Shown: positions 1 through 8,659, numbered from the stretch's first letter. The stretch is DNA of 64,000 bases from Candidatus Shapirobacteria bacterium GW2011_GWF2_37_20 (GCA_000989305.1 LBTB01000006.1:66448-130447), one strand, 5' to 3'. Notes: generated by a model not told the origin, from the letters alone. Numbers and translations are program-made.

Positions 1-448
1 GCAGGATGGTTACAAATCAAAAGAACCCGGTTATTTTTCAAGATTTTTTTAGTGTCATTGGAAACATTGATAGTGAAACTGCGGGAAAGTTTGGTGACAA
101 TAGCTTTAAGGGTCGGAGAAAGACCGTGGTTTTTAAGGTTTTTATTGATAGGCCGAAGGATCTTTCGAACTCCAAAGGTTGAATAAAGTGAGCGGGGCAT
201 GACTTGTTACTATAGCAGAAAAATTGATATCTTGCATTTTCGGGTTTTGTTTGGGTATTATTCTGCCATAAGACAAAAATAGATGCTTCAGTATGGACAA
301 AATAGCTTGTAATATAAAGGTATCTTTTGTTACAATGAGTTTGTACATTAACAAACGTTAAAAATAGAAAGCGTTAAGAAGTGAATTACCAATAAGAGCT
401 TTGGCGAGATTCACGGCTTAAGTTCTTTTTATTTTTAGCGGTCGGATA

Positions 449-498
449 CTGAGAAATGAAATAGAAATTAATAATTTAATTTTTGTTTCATTTCTCAG
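449..498. repeat. Perfect 13-bp inverted repeat (ctgagaaatgaaa / tttcatttctcag) with a 24-nt AT-rich spacer; forms a hairpin
   Basis: Read directly from the sequence: 449-461 is the reverse complement of 486-498. Confidence 0.5.
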
Positions 499-645
499 AT
501 TAGGGGAAAGGGGGTAAAAAAGTTGCGACATTCAAACATAAGGGAAGGAGGATCATCTTGGAAGGATAAAAGTAATACTTTTGTATTGAAAGGGCGTATC
601 GCCAAAAAAAGGGATTATGTTCCAAAAACAAACAAAAATGCCTTT

Positions 646-798
646 AAAGGAGGCCCAAAATGTTTCAGCAGACAATCAACTCACCACCCATGGCGAATAC
701 CTTCGTTTTTTTGGCTGATTTCAACTTCGGCGTGACTGGCGGATAGCCATCCTGAGCGCTTGACGCCTAAGAGGATGGGGCATCTGTCCCATCCTCTT
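646..798 (+). promoter_or_regulatory. Candidate leader/attenuator. SD AAAGGAGG (646-653); 28-codon Phe-rich ORF 660-746 (MFQQTINSPPMANTFVFLADFNFGVTGG). Its stop abuts two mutually exclusive hairpins: 747-753 pairs with 772-778, or 769-779 pairs with 788-798
   Basis: SD spacing is 6 nt to ATG. The AGGATGG segment 772-778 can pair either upstream with CCATCCT 747-753 or downstream within an 11-bp stem with CCCATCCTCTT 788-798. Confidence 0.3.
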
Positions 799-912
799 CT
801 CCGGAGGAGAAAAAACAACAAAACAAAAAAACAACCACAACACCCCACCAACCTAAACAAAATCCGACCGCTAATTCCATTTCCCTAATTATTCTGATAT
901 TCTAATATTCCT

Positions 913-1518
913 ATGGTAACGGAGATAGTGTTTGATATTGAAACAAAAAAAATCTTTGATGATATCGCGGGAAGTAATCCGGCAGACTTGGGAATATCAA
1001 TTGTGTCGATATACAAAAGAGAGCTTGATGATAAATTTAATGAAATATCAGGCGAGATGAAGAGTTTTTTTGAAGAAGATTTTGCCAAAATGTGGGGATT
1101 GTTCTCAAATGTAGACAGAATAATCGGATTTAATACACTTCACTTTGATGTCCCGGCGATAGCGCCCTTGGCCCCTTATGATTTTAAAAAATTAACCCAT
1201 TTTGACATTATGGAACACATAAAAAATTCTTTGGGTTTTCGGCTTAGTTTAAATGCAGTGGCCACTGAAACTTTGGGGCATACAAAAATTGATAATGGTT
1301 TAAACGCGGTATATTACTGGCAGGAACACTCAGAAGAATCTTTGGCTAAATTGAAAAAATACTGTGAAATGGACGTGATGGTGACGAAAGAAGTTTATGA
1401 TTTTGGTTTAAAAAACAAACAACTAAAATATAAAGACAAGTGGAATACGCCCAGAGTTATTGATGTTGATTTTTCCTATCCTAAGGTTGAAATTGCACCA
1501 CAGATGGGATTATTTTAA
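913..1518 (+). CDS. RNase H-like fold 3'-5' exonuclease (DEDD / PolB-exonuclease-like, YprB / RNase_H_2-type)
   Basis: N-terminal FDIETKK acidic motif, then GFNTLHFDVP and a conserved YCEMDV...T segment typical of DnaQ-like exonucleases. Its stop overlaps the stop of the convergent nuclease gene. Confidence 0.5.
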   Translation: MVTEIVFDIETKKIFDDIAGSNPADLGISIVSIYKRELDDKFNEISGEMKSFFEEDFAKMWGLFSNVDRIIGFNTLHFDVPAIAPLAPYDFKKLTHFDIMEHIKNSLGFRLSLNAVATETLGHTKIDNGLNAVYYWQEHSEESLAKLKKYCEMDVMVTKEVYDFGLKNKQLKYKDKWNTPRVIDVDFSYPKVEIAPQMGLF

Positions 1519-2384
1519 AGAATCTTACTATCCCCATTCAAATCTTTTGACGATTTGTCAAAAACGTAAACGTCGGCTTTGAAATCATCAAGACCAACAA
1601 GTTCGGCTTCACCGCGGAGGACAGACTCAAAGGGACGACAGGCGCGACAACCCTGTTCTCCATTGGGACAATCAAATTTACCTAAAGATTTTTGAAGTTT
1701 CATTCTTTTGGCGATTTTGACAATTTTATCTTGCGACTCCTTTAAATTGGGTAATTTTTTGGGGGATAATTCGTCACTGGAATCAAGATACCAATAAGAA
1801 GCGGCGGTAACTTCCCGATTTTGACAATTTTTAACTAAAAGATGATAGATAGGTAATTGAAGAGAGTCCTCCCCTTCTTCGTGACGACTGGTTTTAAAAT
1901 CGATAATTTCCACACTGTTGGTGTCGGGATAATATTTGAGCCAGTCAATTTTGCCGCAAAGAATTATGTTGTCCTCCTCAGATAGCCAGTAATAGGGCAA
2001 GTCCATGTTGATTTTGACAGCTAATTCTCCCAGTGGACCCGGGTTTTTGACAACCCGGCGAATCATATCCTCGCCCCGAGTTTTATATTTAAATTCAGTT
2101 TCTTTGTCGAAAAATCCACCACTCTTACCGGAAAGTTTTTTCCAGGAACGTTCGAATTTGTCTAAGAGCGGTTCACTAAAGCGAAGATCAGTCTTGATTT
2201 CCGACAGTGATTCAATAACTTCATGAACGGCCTGACCCAAAGCCAGGGGCGGTGACATGAGTTTAATTTTATGGCCGGTTTTAGGATCCTTATATATATT
2301 TTTTAGAAAATAGGCCCGGGGACATTCTAAAAAAGCAGAGATAGAAGAATGGGAAACCCAAAGAGCGGTGTATTTATCGGACAT
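1515..2384 (-). CDS. PD-(D/E)XK Cas4/RecB-family nuclease with a 4-Cys Fe-S cluster motif
   Basis: N-terminal CPRAYFLK and C-terminal CPNGEQGCRACRPF cysteines flank a central nuclease core (IDFK, hydrophobic-D, EIID). This architecture is typical of Cas4/AddB-like nucleases. Confidence 0.6.
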   Translation of the reverse strand: MSDKYTALWVSHSSISAFLECPRAYFLKNIYKDPKTGHKIKLMSPPLALGQAVHEVIESLSEIKTDLRFSEPLLDKFERSWKKLSGKSGGFFDKETEFKYKTRGEDMIRRVVKNPGPLGELAVKINMDLPYYWLSEEDNIILCGKIDWLKYYPDTNSVEIIDFKTSRHEEGEDSLQLPIYHLLVKNCQNREVTAASYWYLDSSDELSPKKLPNLKESQDKIVKIAKRMKLQKSLGKFDCPNGEQGCRACRPFESVLRGEAELVGLDDFKADVYVFDKSSKDLNGDSKIL

Positions 2385-2458
2385 AAAAATATTATATATA
2401 AATTTCTTGGAAAAATTCGGAATTAAAACAAGACCTAAATTTAGGTTATAATTTAGAC

Positions 2459-3112
2459 ATGATGAGACTAAATAAATTTTTGAGCCAGGCGGGGATGGCG
2501 TCGAGACGCGGGGCGGACAGATTGATTGAGCAGGGATTAGTAACTATAAACGGAAAGGTAGCCAAATTGGGAGAAAAAGTTAGTGGAAAAGAGAAAATAT
2601 TAATAAAAGATCAAACAATAAAATCCATCGAAAAAAAGGAATACATAATGCTATATAAACCGGTAGGGATCGTGTCAACGGCAGACGATGAAAAGGGCCG
2701 ACAAAAGGTGGTAGATTTGGTTAAAACTGACAACAGGTTATATCCCGTGGGACGTTTAGATATTGACTCTGAAGGACTAATTATTTTGACCAACGATGGT
2801 GATTTGGCATTAAAACTTACTCATCCCAAATTTCACATGGAAAAAGAATATGAAGTAACAACAGATAAAGAAATTGCCGGAAGAAGAATAAATACTGGAA
2901 TCAATAAAATAGTAAGGTCGACAAAAAACAAAATGACGATAGTCATGTATGAAGGCAAAAAGAGACAAATCCGAAATATGTGTTGGGAAGCCGGACTTCG
3001 GGTCAGAACACTGAAAAGGGTTAGGATTGGGAGCCTCAATCTTGGAGATCTCCAACCCGGGGAGTATCGAGATTTGACTCCCCGGGAAGTAGCGGCGCTT
3101 AAGCAACTTTAA
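2459..3112 (+). CDS. rluB: rRNA pseudouridine synthase, RsuA/RluB family with N-terminal S4 domain
   Basis: MRLNKFLSQAGMASRRGADRLI S4 motif; GRLDIDSEGLIILTNDGDLA catalytic Asp motif. Confidence 0.8.
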   Translation: MMRLNKFLSQAGMASRRGADRLIEQGLVTINGKVAKLGEKVSGKEKILIKDQTIKSIEKKEYIMLYKPVGIVSTADDEKGRQKVVDLVKTDNRLYPVGRLDIDSEGLIILTNDGDLALKLTHPKFHMEKEYEVTTDKEIAGRRINTGINKIVRSTKNKMTIVMYEGKKRQIRNMCWEAGLRVRTLKRVRIGSLNLGDLQPGEYRDLTPREVAALKQL

Positions 3113-3506
3113 CTTCGATCTCTTTGGCCTTGGCGGTTTCGGCGATTGATGCCGAGATAGTGATTACACCATCCTTAACTTTGGCCTCAAGACTTTTTGA
3201 GTCTACGGGTCTGGGTAAATAAGTGGTGTATTCAAAGGAAGCGACTTTGTTCCACTGGTGAACAATACGATTGTGCTTCTTTTCCACCTCCTTTTCTTCC
3301 GACCTAGCGGAAACACGAAGAATACCGTCCTCGTATTTAACTTTAATTTTGTCAGGCCTAATGCCTGGGACGGCCGCTTCGACCATAACCTTGTCGCCCT
3401 CCTCGTAGACATTAAGACCGTTGGTCATTTTTATTTCTGGCCATTCGTCTTCATCCCAAAGTAAGGGTTTAAAATCAATTAACGGTTTAAAGGGATAGTA
3501 GTGCAT
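3099..3506 (-). CDS. Hsp20/alpha-crystallin family small heat shock protein
   Basis: Alpha-crystallin domain: GILRVSA...VKDGVITISA with a terminal I-x-V-like tail. RBS AAAAAGGAGG upstream. Confidence 0.8.
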   Translation of the reverse strand: MHYYPFKPLIDFKPLLWDEDEWPEIKMTNGLNVYEEGDKVMVEAAVPGIRPDKIKVKYEDGILRVSARSEEKEVEKKHNRIVHQWNKVASFEYTTYLPRPVDSKSLEAKVKDGVITISASIAETAKAKEIEVKVA

Positions 3507-3522
3507 ATATCCTCCTTTTTGA

Positions 3523-3567
3523 TAATTAATTTATAATTAATTAGCAATATAATATAAAGAGTGCTAG
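3523..3567. promoter_or_regulatory. AT-rich 9-bp inverted repeat (TAATTAATT tat AATTAATTA, 3523-3543) overlapping a degenerate CIRCE-like element (TTAGCAATA-N9-GAGTGCTAG, 3541-3567) in the divergent hsp20/patatin promoter region
   Basis: Read directly. CIRCE consensus is TTAGCACTC-N9-GAGTGCTAA; the right half matches 8/9 and the left half 6/9. Confidence 0.3.
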
Positions 3568-3582
3568 CTGTCAAGTATTCAA

Positions 3583-4419
3583 GTGCCAATATGCTATATT
3601 AATTTTATGACAAAAAAAATATGCTTGGTTTTGGGTGGTGGTGGATCAAAGGGACTAGCACACATAGGGGTAATAAAAGCTCTTTGTGAAAACGGATATG
3701 AGATAACTCAAATTGCCGGAACTTCTGCCGGGGCATTAATTGGAGGAGTGTATGCCGCTAATCCAAATTATAAAGAAATGGAAAAAATCATTGAACACAT
3801 AGGTTATGTAGATTTAATAAAACTATTTGTAGACTGGCCGATTAAAAGCGGTTTGGTTAGGGGGCAAAAAATGGAAAAATTTTTAGATAAGATTTGTGGA
3901 CAAAAAAGAATTGAGGATTTGCCGATTAAATTTCGAGCGGTGTGTACCGATATAATTGAAGGAGAAAAATTTGTTTTTTCTCAAGGAAAATTGTCAACAG
4001 CCATTCGGGCTTCATGCGCTATTCCGGCAATATTCTCGCCAATTAAATATGAAGGGAAGGTTTTAATTGATGGTGGAGCTCTTAATCCTATACCGGTATC
4101 TGAAGTAAGTCCCGATAGGGGTGAAAAAATAATTGCGGTGGGGTTATATAGTAAAATTTTTCCAAAAGATTATCAGAAATTGTCAAAGGCTAATTTGTCC
4201 CAGGTTGCCTATGCTTCAATGCAAGTAATGGTGCGCCAACTGTCAATAAATAATTTAGCAGAGGCCGATATTAAAATATTGCCCTTAGTTGATGATGTTA
4301 ATGTGTTGAATTTTGTCAAAACAAAGAAATATATTCAAACAGGTTATGATGCGACCATGAAAATGATGCCGGAAATTGATAAATTATTTGGTGGATTTTT
4401 GCCAAATCTCTTTCGTTAA
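3583..4419 (+). CDS. Patatin-like phospholipase
   Basis: GGGGSKG oxyanion motif, GTSAGA nucleophile elbow, DGG catalytic Asp motif. Confidence 0.8.
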   Translation: MPICYINFMTKKICLVLGGGGSKGLAHIGVIKALCENGYEITQIAGTSAGALIGGVYAANPNYKEMEKIIEHIGYVDLIKLFVDWPIKSGLVRGQKMEKFLDKICGQKRIEDLPIKFRAVCTDIIEGEKFVFSQGKLSTAIRASCAIPAIFSPIKYEGKVLIDGGALNPIPVSEVSPDRGEKIIAVGLYSKIFPKDYQKLSKANLSQVAYASMQVMVRQLSINNLAEADIKILPLVDDVNVLNFVKTKKYIQTGYDATMKMMPEIDKLFGGFLPNLFR

Positions 4420-5670
4420 AGGGCCGGTATAAGAGACAACTTGTTTTTGAATATATCCGAGAGAGGAAAGGCGACTTACATAATCAACCCCATGAATTTC
4501 AGAAATATAAGGTAAAACAGTGATTTCAGAAGCTGCAGGGAATTCCAAAGAGAGATTGTGAACTTTAATATCGGGGCGATAATAATTGATGGGGTCAGCG
4601 GCAGAAATAATCATGTAAACGTCTTGGGGTAAGGTGGAAGACATGGTCTTCCAGTCTTCCCGGTGAAAAGAGGGATTGAATAAGTAGAGTAGAGAAAAAA
4701 TAAAAAATACAAAACTATATAATTTATTTTTTTCTAAAATTAAACACAAAAATGGAATTAGATAAAGAAAACGAAAATACTGAAACATAGGGGTAAATAA
4801 TGAGAAAATCATTCCAACGCCCAAACTTATCCAGAAAATAAAAGCCATGGGCCGACTACGAAAAGAATTAATAATTACTTTAAACCAAAGTGGAAGAGTC
4901 ACCAAAAGAGCGATTAAATAATAAGCCCACTTAGGATAAAAAGAGATGCGGCCGATAGTAAATTTGACTAATATTAAGAGAGAATTTTTGGCGGTAACCG
5001 GACCTAAAACTGAAGCCCAGTTTTTGACTGAAACCAGGAGTGTCTTTGAAGTTTGATATTGTAACCAGAGCAAGGGTGACAAAATTAATAGGGATAAAAA
5101 TGGAGCCAGGGAATAGATAAAAAATTGTTTATATTTTTTTTGAAAGAGCCAGTAAAGACTGATGGCGGCAAAGAAAAAAACCGAACCGTAAAAAGTAGAA
5201 AGGGATAAAAAGGTAAAGAGATAATAAAGAAGTAGCTTATGTTTTTTAAAGGCCAGAAAAGCACAAAAAACTAATAGAGTGACCTGTGAATACATTCGTG
5301 CCTCTTGAGAATAATAAAGATAAAGTGGGTTGAGGGCCAGTAAAATTGAGGGGCCAAATCCAAAAAATCGATAAACTAAATATATGGTAATCAGAGAAAA
5401 AATTACTGAAGGCAGTCTGAGGGCTATTTCACTATAACCAAAAACTGAAGTCCAGTCTTTGAGAGTTAAATAAAATAGGGGTGGGTGAAAATCAGAGGGA
5501 GAAAATTTACTGACAATATCGGTATAAGAATAGTTTTTGACTACCTGAGCGGAGATAGCTTCATCCAACCACAAAGATTGGTTGAGAGAAATTAAACGAA
5601 GAGCAAGAGAAAAAAACAAAAGTATAAAAAGTTTCTTGGTCAATGAATTATTATAAACTAGAAATTGCAC
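4384..5670 (-). CDS. Polytopic membrane glycosyltransferase, GT39/GT83 (ArnT/PMT-like) family
   Basis: Multi-TM protein with HPPLFYL motif near the first loop, typical of dolichyl/undecaprenyl-phosphate sugar transferases. Confidence 0.6.
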   Translation of the reverse strand: MQFLVYNNSLTKKLFILLFFSLALRLISLNQSLWLDEAISAQVVKNYSYTDIVSKFSPSDFHPPLFYLTLKDWTSVFGYSEIALRLPSVIFSLITIYLVYRFFGFGPSILLALNPLYLYYSQEARMYSQVTLLVFCAFLAFKKHKLLLYYLFTFLSLSTFYGSVFFFAAISLYWLFQKKYKQFFIYSLAPFLSLLILSPLLWLQYQTSKTLLVSVKNWASVLGPVTAKNSLLILVKFTIGRISFYPKWAYYLIALLVTLPLWFKVIINSFRSRPMAFIFWISLGVGMIFSLFTPMFQYFRFLYLIPFLCLILEKNKLYSFVFFIFSLLYLFNPSFHREDWKTMSSTLPQDVYMIISAADPINYYRPDIKVHNLSLEFPAASEITVLPYISEIHGVDYVSRLSSLGYIQKQVVSYTGPLTKEIWQKSTK

Positions 5671-5717
5671 TCCAATATGTTAGAATGAGAAATACCCGAA
5701 GTAAACCCAAACCTAAT

Positions 5718-6887
5718 ATGAGCAATGAACCATTAGCCGCAATATTAAGACCCAAAAATTTAGACGAATTTGTCGGGCAAAAACATCTTGTAGGAGAGGA
5801 CAAACCTCTAAGAATGGCCATAGAAAGCCATCAAATCTTTTCGATGATTTTCTGGGGTCCTCCAGGAGTGGGTAAAACAACCCTGGCACGAATTATTGCC
5901 AAGGAGGCACAAGCGGAACTTTATGAATTGTCAGCAGTGTCGGCCTCGAAGGACGACATTAAAAAAATTATTGGCAATAGAATTGGTAACCAAACAAATT
6001 TAGTCAAAAAGATTTTATTTTTGGACGAAATTCATCGCTTTAATAAAGCTCAGCAAGATTTTTTGTTACCCTCGGTGGAAACGGGTGCATTGACTCTAAT
6101 CGGAGCCACTACTGAGAACCCAAGTTTTGAGGTGATTGCTCCCCTCTTGTCCCGTTGCCGGGTATTTGTGTTAAATGAGTTGAGCGAAAAAGAAGTGGGA
6201 GAAATTATCGAGAGAAGCTTAAAGATATTAAAAATGAAAATGACAAAATCGGCCAAGGAATGGTTGATTAACATGGCTAATGGCGATGCCAGACAAGCGA
6301 TTACCATGATCGATAATGCTCACACCCTGTATGGGAATTTAAAAATCGAAAGTTTGAAAAACGCTCTACAAAATTCGTATTTACGTTTTGATAAAAAGGG
6401 CGAAGAACACTACAACACTATTTCGGCATTTATAAAATCGATGAGAGCCAGTAATGTCGATGCCTCGCTTTATTATCTGGCAAGAATGGTAGCCGCAGGT
6501 GAAGATCCAAAGTTTATAGCGAGAAGAATGGTGGTGTTTGCATCGGAAGATATAGGACTGGCTTCTTCATCGGCCTTATTAGTAGCCAATGCAGTCTTTC
6601 GAGCCGTGGAAACTATCGGCTATCCGGAGTGTCAGGAAAATTTAGCCCATGGGGTGGCCTATTTGGCTAAATGTCCCAAAGACAGATCGGCCTATAACGC
6701 CTTCATGAGTGCCCTCAAAGATGTCCAAACTTACGGCAATCTTCCTATTCCCCTATCTATTCTCAATCCTGTAACTTCTTTGATGAAAGACCTCGGCTAT
6801 GGCAAAGATTATGACAAGTACACCAAAGAATCTTTGCTGCCGGAAAAATTAAAAAATAAAAAATATTTTAGGGGGAAGAAAAAATAA
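5718..6887 (+). CDS. rarA: Replication-associated recombination protein A (RarA/MgsA AAA+ ATPase)
   Basis: LRP-x-x-LDEFVGQ-HL N-terminus, Walker A GPPGVGKTT, FLDEIHRFNK box. Start set at the internal ATG 5718 (ORF track begins at 5643). Confidence 0.85.
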   Translation: MSNEPLAAILRPKNLDEFVGQKHLVGEDKPLRMAIESHQIFSMIFWGPPGVGKTTLARIIAKEAQAELYELSAVSASKDDIKKIIGNRIGNQTNLVKKILFLDEIHRFNKAQQDFLLPSVETGALTLIGATTENPSFEVIAPLLSRCRVFVLNELSEKEVGEIIERSLKILKMKMTKSAKEWLINMANGDARQAITMIDNAHTLYGNLKIESLKNALQNSYLRFDKKGEEHYNTISAFIKSMRASNVDASLYYLARMVAAGEDPKFIARRMVVFASEDIGLASSSALLVANAVFRAVETIGYPECQENLAHGVAYLAKCPKDRSAYNAFMSALKDVQTYGNLPIPLSILNPVTSLMKDLGYGKDYDKYTKESLLPEKLKNKKYFRGKKK

Positions 6888-6908
6888 CAATTTGATTAAA
6901 AACAAACC

Positions 6909-7370
6909 ATGAGAAATAATGACAAAAAGTTTTTAAGAAAAGCTGTCGACCAAGCAAAAAAGTCAGTCGAATTAGGAGGTTTTCCAGCCGGAGCAGTGGT
7001 AGTAAAGAATGGAAAAATAATTTCCAAAGGAGTGAGTTTGGGAAATATCCTCCATGATCCAACTAGTCATGCAGAAACTTCATCAATGAGAGAAGCATGT
7101 AAAAAACTTAAGGGTTACTTGGAGGGAGCTACTTTATATGCGTCCTTAGAGCCTTGTCTAATGTGTTTTGAAGCGAGCAATTGGACAGGAGTTTCAAAAA
7201 TTGTTTATGGGTGTAAAAAGACAGAGGAAATGGCAAAAAAGAATTACTATGAAGGAGTAAATGAGATCAGAAAAATAAACAAAAAGAACAATAGGCAAAT
7301 CGAATTAAAATATATACCCGATTTCGAAAAAGAAATGTTGACACTTGTTAAAAAATGGGAAAGTAAATGA
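6909..7370 (+). CDS. tadA: tRNA-specific adenosine deaminase-like CDA-fold zinc deaminase
   Basis: HAE(T) and PCxMC zinc-binding motifs with TadA-like spacing and N-terminal region. Confidence 0.7.
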   Translation: MRNNDKKFLRKAVDQAKKSVELGGFPAGAVVVKNGKIISKGVSLGNILHDPTSHAETSSMREACKKLKGYLEGATLYASLEPCLMCFEASNWTGVSKIVYGCKKTEEMAKKNYYEGVNEIRKINKKNNRQIELKYIPDFEKEMLTLVKKWESK

Positions 7371-7687
7371 AACAAGCTCCCGGGAAGTTTAGTAAAAAGG
7401 TAATTGAATTGGCACTGGAAATTCCGGAAGGCAGAGTAACAACTTATGGCTTATTGGCAGTGGCCGCAGGAGGACATCCAATATTGGCGCAAATGATTAC
7501 CAGTATTTTATGGAGAAGTGTAGAGAGGGAAAAAGTACCTTGGCACAGAATTGTTTATAGTAGTGGCAAGATTTGGACTGACCCAAAGGTCGATAAAATC
7601 CGCCAAAAACTTTATAAAGCAGAAGGGATAAAACTAGACAAGAATAATCGAATTATAGATTTTGAAAAGTTAGTTTATACTTTTTAA
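7367..7687 (+). CDS. atl: Alkyltransferase-like protein (ATL): MGMT-fold DNA-binding domain with Trp replacing the acceptor Cys (PWHRIV)
   Basis: Helix-turn-helix region TYGLLA and PWHR in place of PCHR, the ATL signature (as in E. coli Atl). 4-nt overlap with tadA. Confidence 0.7.
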   Translation: MKQAPGKFSKKVIELALEIPEGRVTTYGLLAVAAGGHPILAQMITSILWRSVEREKVPWHRIVYSSGKIWTDPKVDKIRQKLYKAEGIKLDKNNRIIDFEKLVYTF

Positions 7688-7688
7688 A

Positions 7689-7937
7689 ATGTATTTTGTT
7701 TATATTTTGCAATGTAATGACAATACTCTGTACACAGGAGTTACTACTGACTTGGAGAGGCGGGTTAAAGAGCATAATGATTTAAAATTAGGAGCAAAAT
7801 ACACCAAAATAAGACGACCGGTGAAACTCGTTTACTCTAAAGAATTTGCTGACAGATCGACAGCCATGATCGAAGAGGCTAGAATAAAAAAATTAAACAG
7901 AAATGAAAAATTAGAAATAATTGAAAATAATTTATGA
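7689..7937 (+). CDS. Stand-alone GIY-YIG nuclease domain protein (YhbQ/UPF0213-like)
   Basis: FVYILQC...LYTGVTTDLERRVKEH matches the GIY-x10-YIG, Arg and Glu catalytic motifs. Confidence 0.75.
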   Translation: MYFVYILQCNDNTLYTGVTTDLERRVKEHNDLKLGAKYTKIRRPVKLVYSKEFADRSTAMIEEARIKKLNRNEKLEIIENNL

Positions 7938-8659
7938 AAATCACCAATAAAATTCATTTGGAAATATTAAAAAGACTGGAGAAATATAGAGACAGTGGGG
8001 ATAAAAAAACTAATGAGTGGGTGCAACATTATTTGGGTAGCAATAAGCCGACACTAGGAATAAAAACTGGAGAGATGATTAAAATGGCCAAGGAAATTAC
8101 CAAGGAAAATAATTTTGATAAAAAAAGTTTAGTGAAATTACTGGACTCGCTTTATTCAAAAGCAACTACTTTTGCAGAAATAGATATGGCGGCCAGACTA
8201 TTAGGAGTGTTACCAAAGATTAGAAAAGAATTAGAGCCGGATAATTTAAATTATTGGTTAAATTTTACTCATGGCTGGGCAGAGGACGACTTGTTGTGTC
8301 AGTCAAATTTTACTAGCGAAGAAGTGCTTGGTAATTGGAATAAATGGAAAAAATTACTAATAAAGTTTTCCACCGACAAAAATATAAATAAAAGGCGGGC
8401 AAGCATGGTGCTTTTAACAAAAGCATTACGAGAGTCTGATGATAAAAAATTGTCAAAGCTGGCATTTGAACAAGTAGAAAAATTAAAAGGCGAAAAAGAA
8501 ATTCTGATTACAAAGGCAGTGTCTTGGTTACTGAGAGCTTTAGTAAAATTTCACAAGGAAGAGGTTTTGGAATATTTAGAGATAAATAAAGAAAGCCTAC
8601 CAAAAATTGCTTACCGAGAAACTTATAAAAAGGCCACGACTGGAAGGAAAAACGGCTAA
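7934..8659 (+). CDS. DNA alkylation repair enzyme, AlkC/AlkD-like HEAT-repeat family
   Basis: Approximately 240-aa all-helical protein with the repeat pattern typical of AlkD-family glycosylases. 4-nt overlap with the upstream GIY-YIG gene. Confidence 0.5.
   Translation: MKITNKIHLEILKRLEKYRDSGDKKTNEWVQHYLGSNKPTLGIKTGEMIKMAKEITKENNFDKKSLVKLLDSLYSKATTFAEIDMAARLLGVLPKIRKELEPDNLNYWLNFTHGWAEDDLLCQSNFTSEEVLGNWNKWKKLLIKFSTDKNINKRRASMVLLTKALRESDDKKLSKLAFEQVEKLKGEKEILITKAVSWLLRALVKFHKEEVLEYLEINKESLPKIAYRETYKKATTGRKNG

Noticed and set aside
142-735. ORF-track entries 142..354 (-) and 523..735 (+), 70 aa each, in the window-start non-coding region
   Set aside because: No SD and no recognisable motifs. 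They overlap the structured elements described in the findings and each other's region. They are most likely chance ORFs in AT-rich sequence. The 28-codon strong-SD ORF at 660-746 is the only translation candidate there.
660-746. Interpreting the Phe-rich 28-codon ORF as a pheST-type amino-acid attenuator
   Set aside because: The downstream gene is an exonuclease, not a Phe biosynthesis or charging gene. The peptide is only ~18% Phe with no consecutive Phe run. It is kept only as a generic leader-peptide candidate.
355-912. Search for tRNA, tmRNA, RNase P RNA or SRP RNA signatures in the long intergenic regions (355-912, 29853-30079, 32192-32317, 34160-34320)
   Set aside because: None of the conserved boxes (GGTTCGANTCC T-arm, AGGAAAGTCC / ACAGAANCCGGCTTA of RNase P, the SRP GGAAGCAGCC-like motif) are present. 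No tRNA-like cloverleaf could be drawn by eye. A covariance-model scan would be needed to be definitive.
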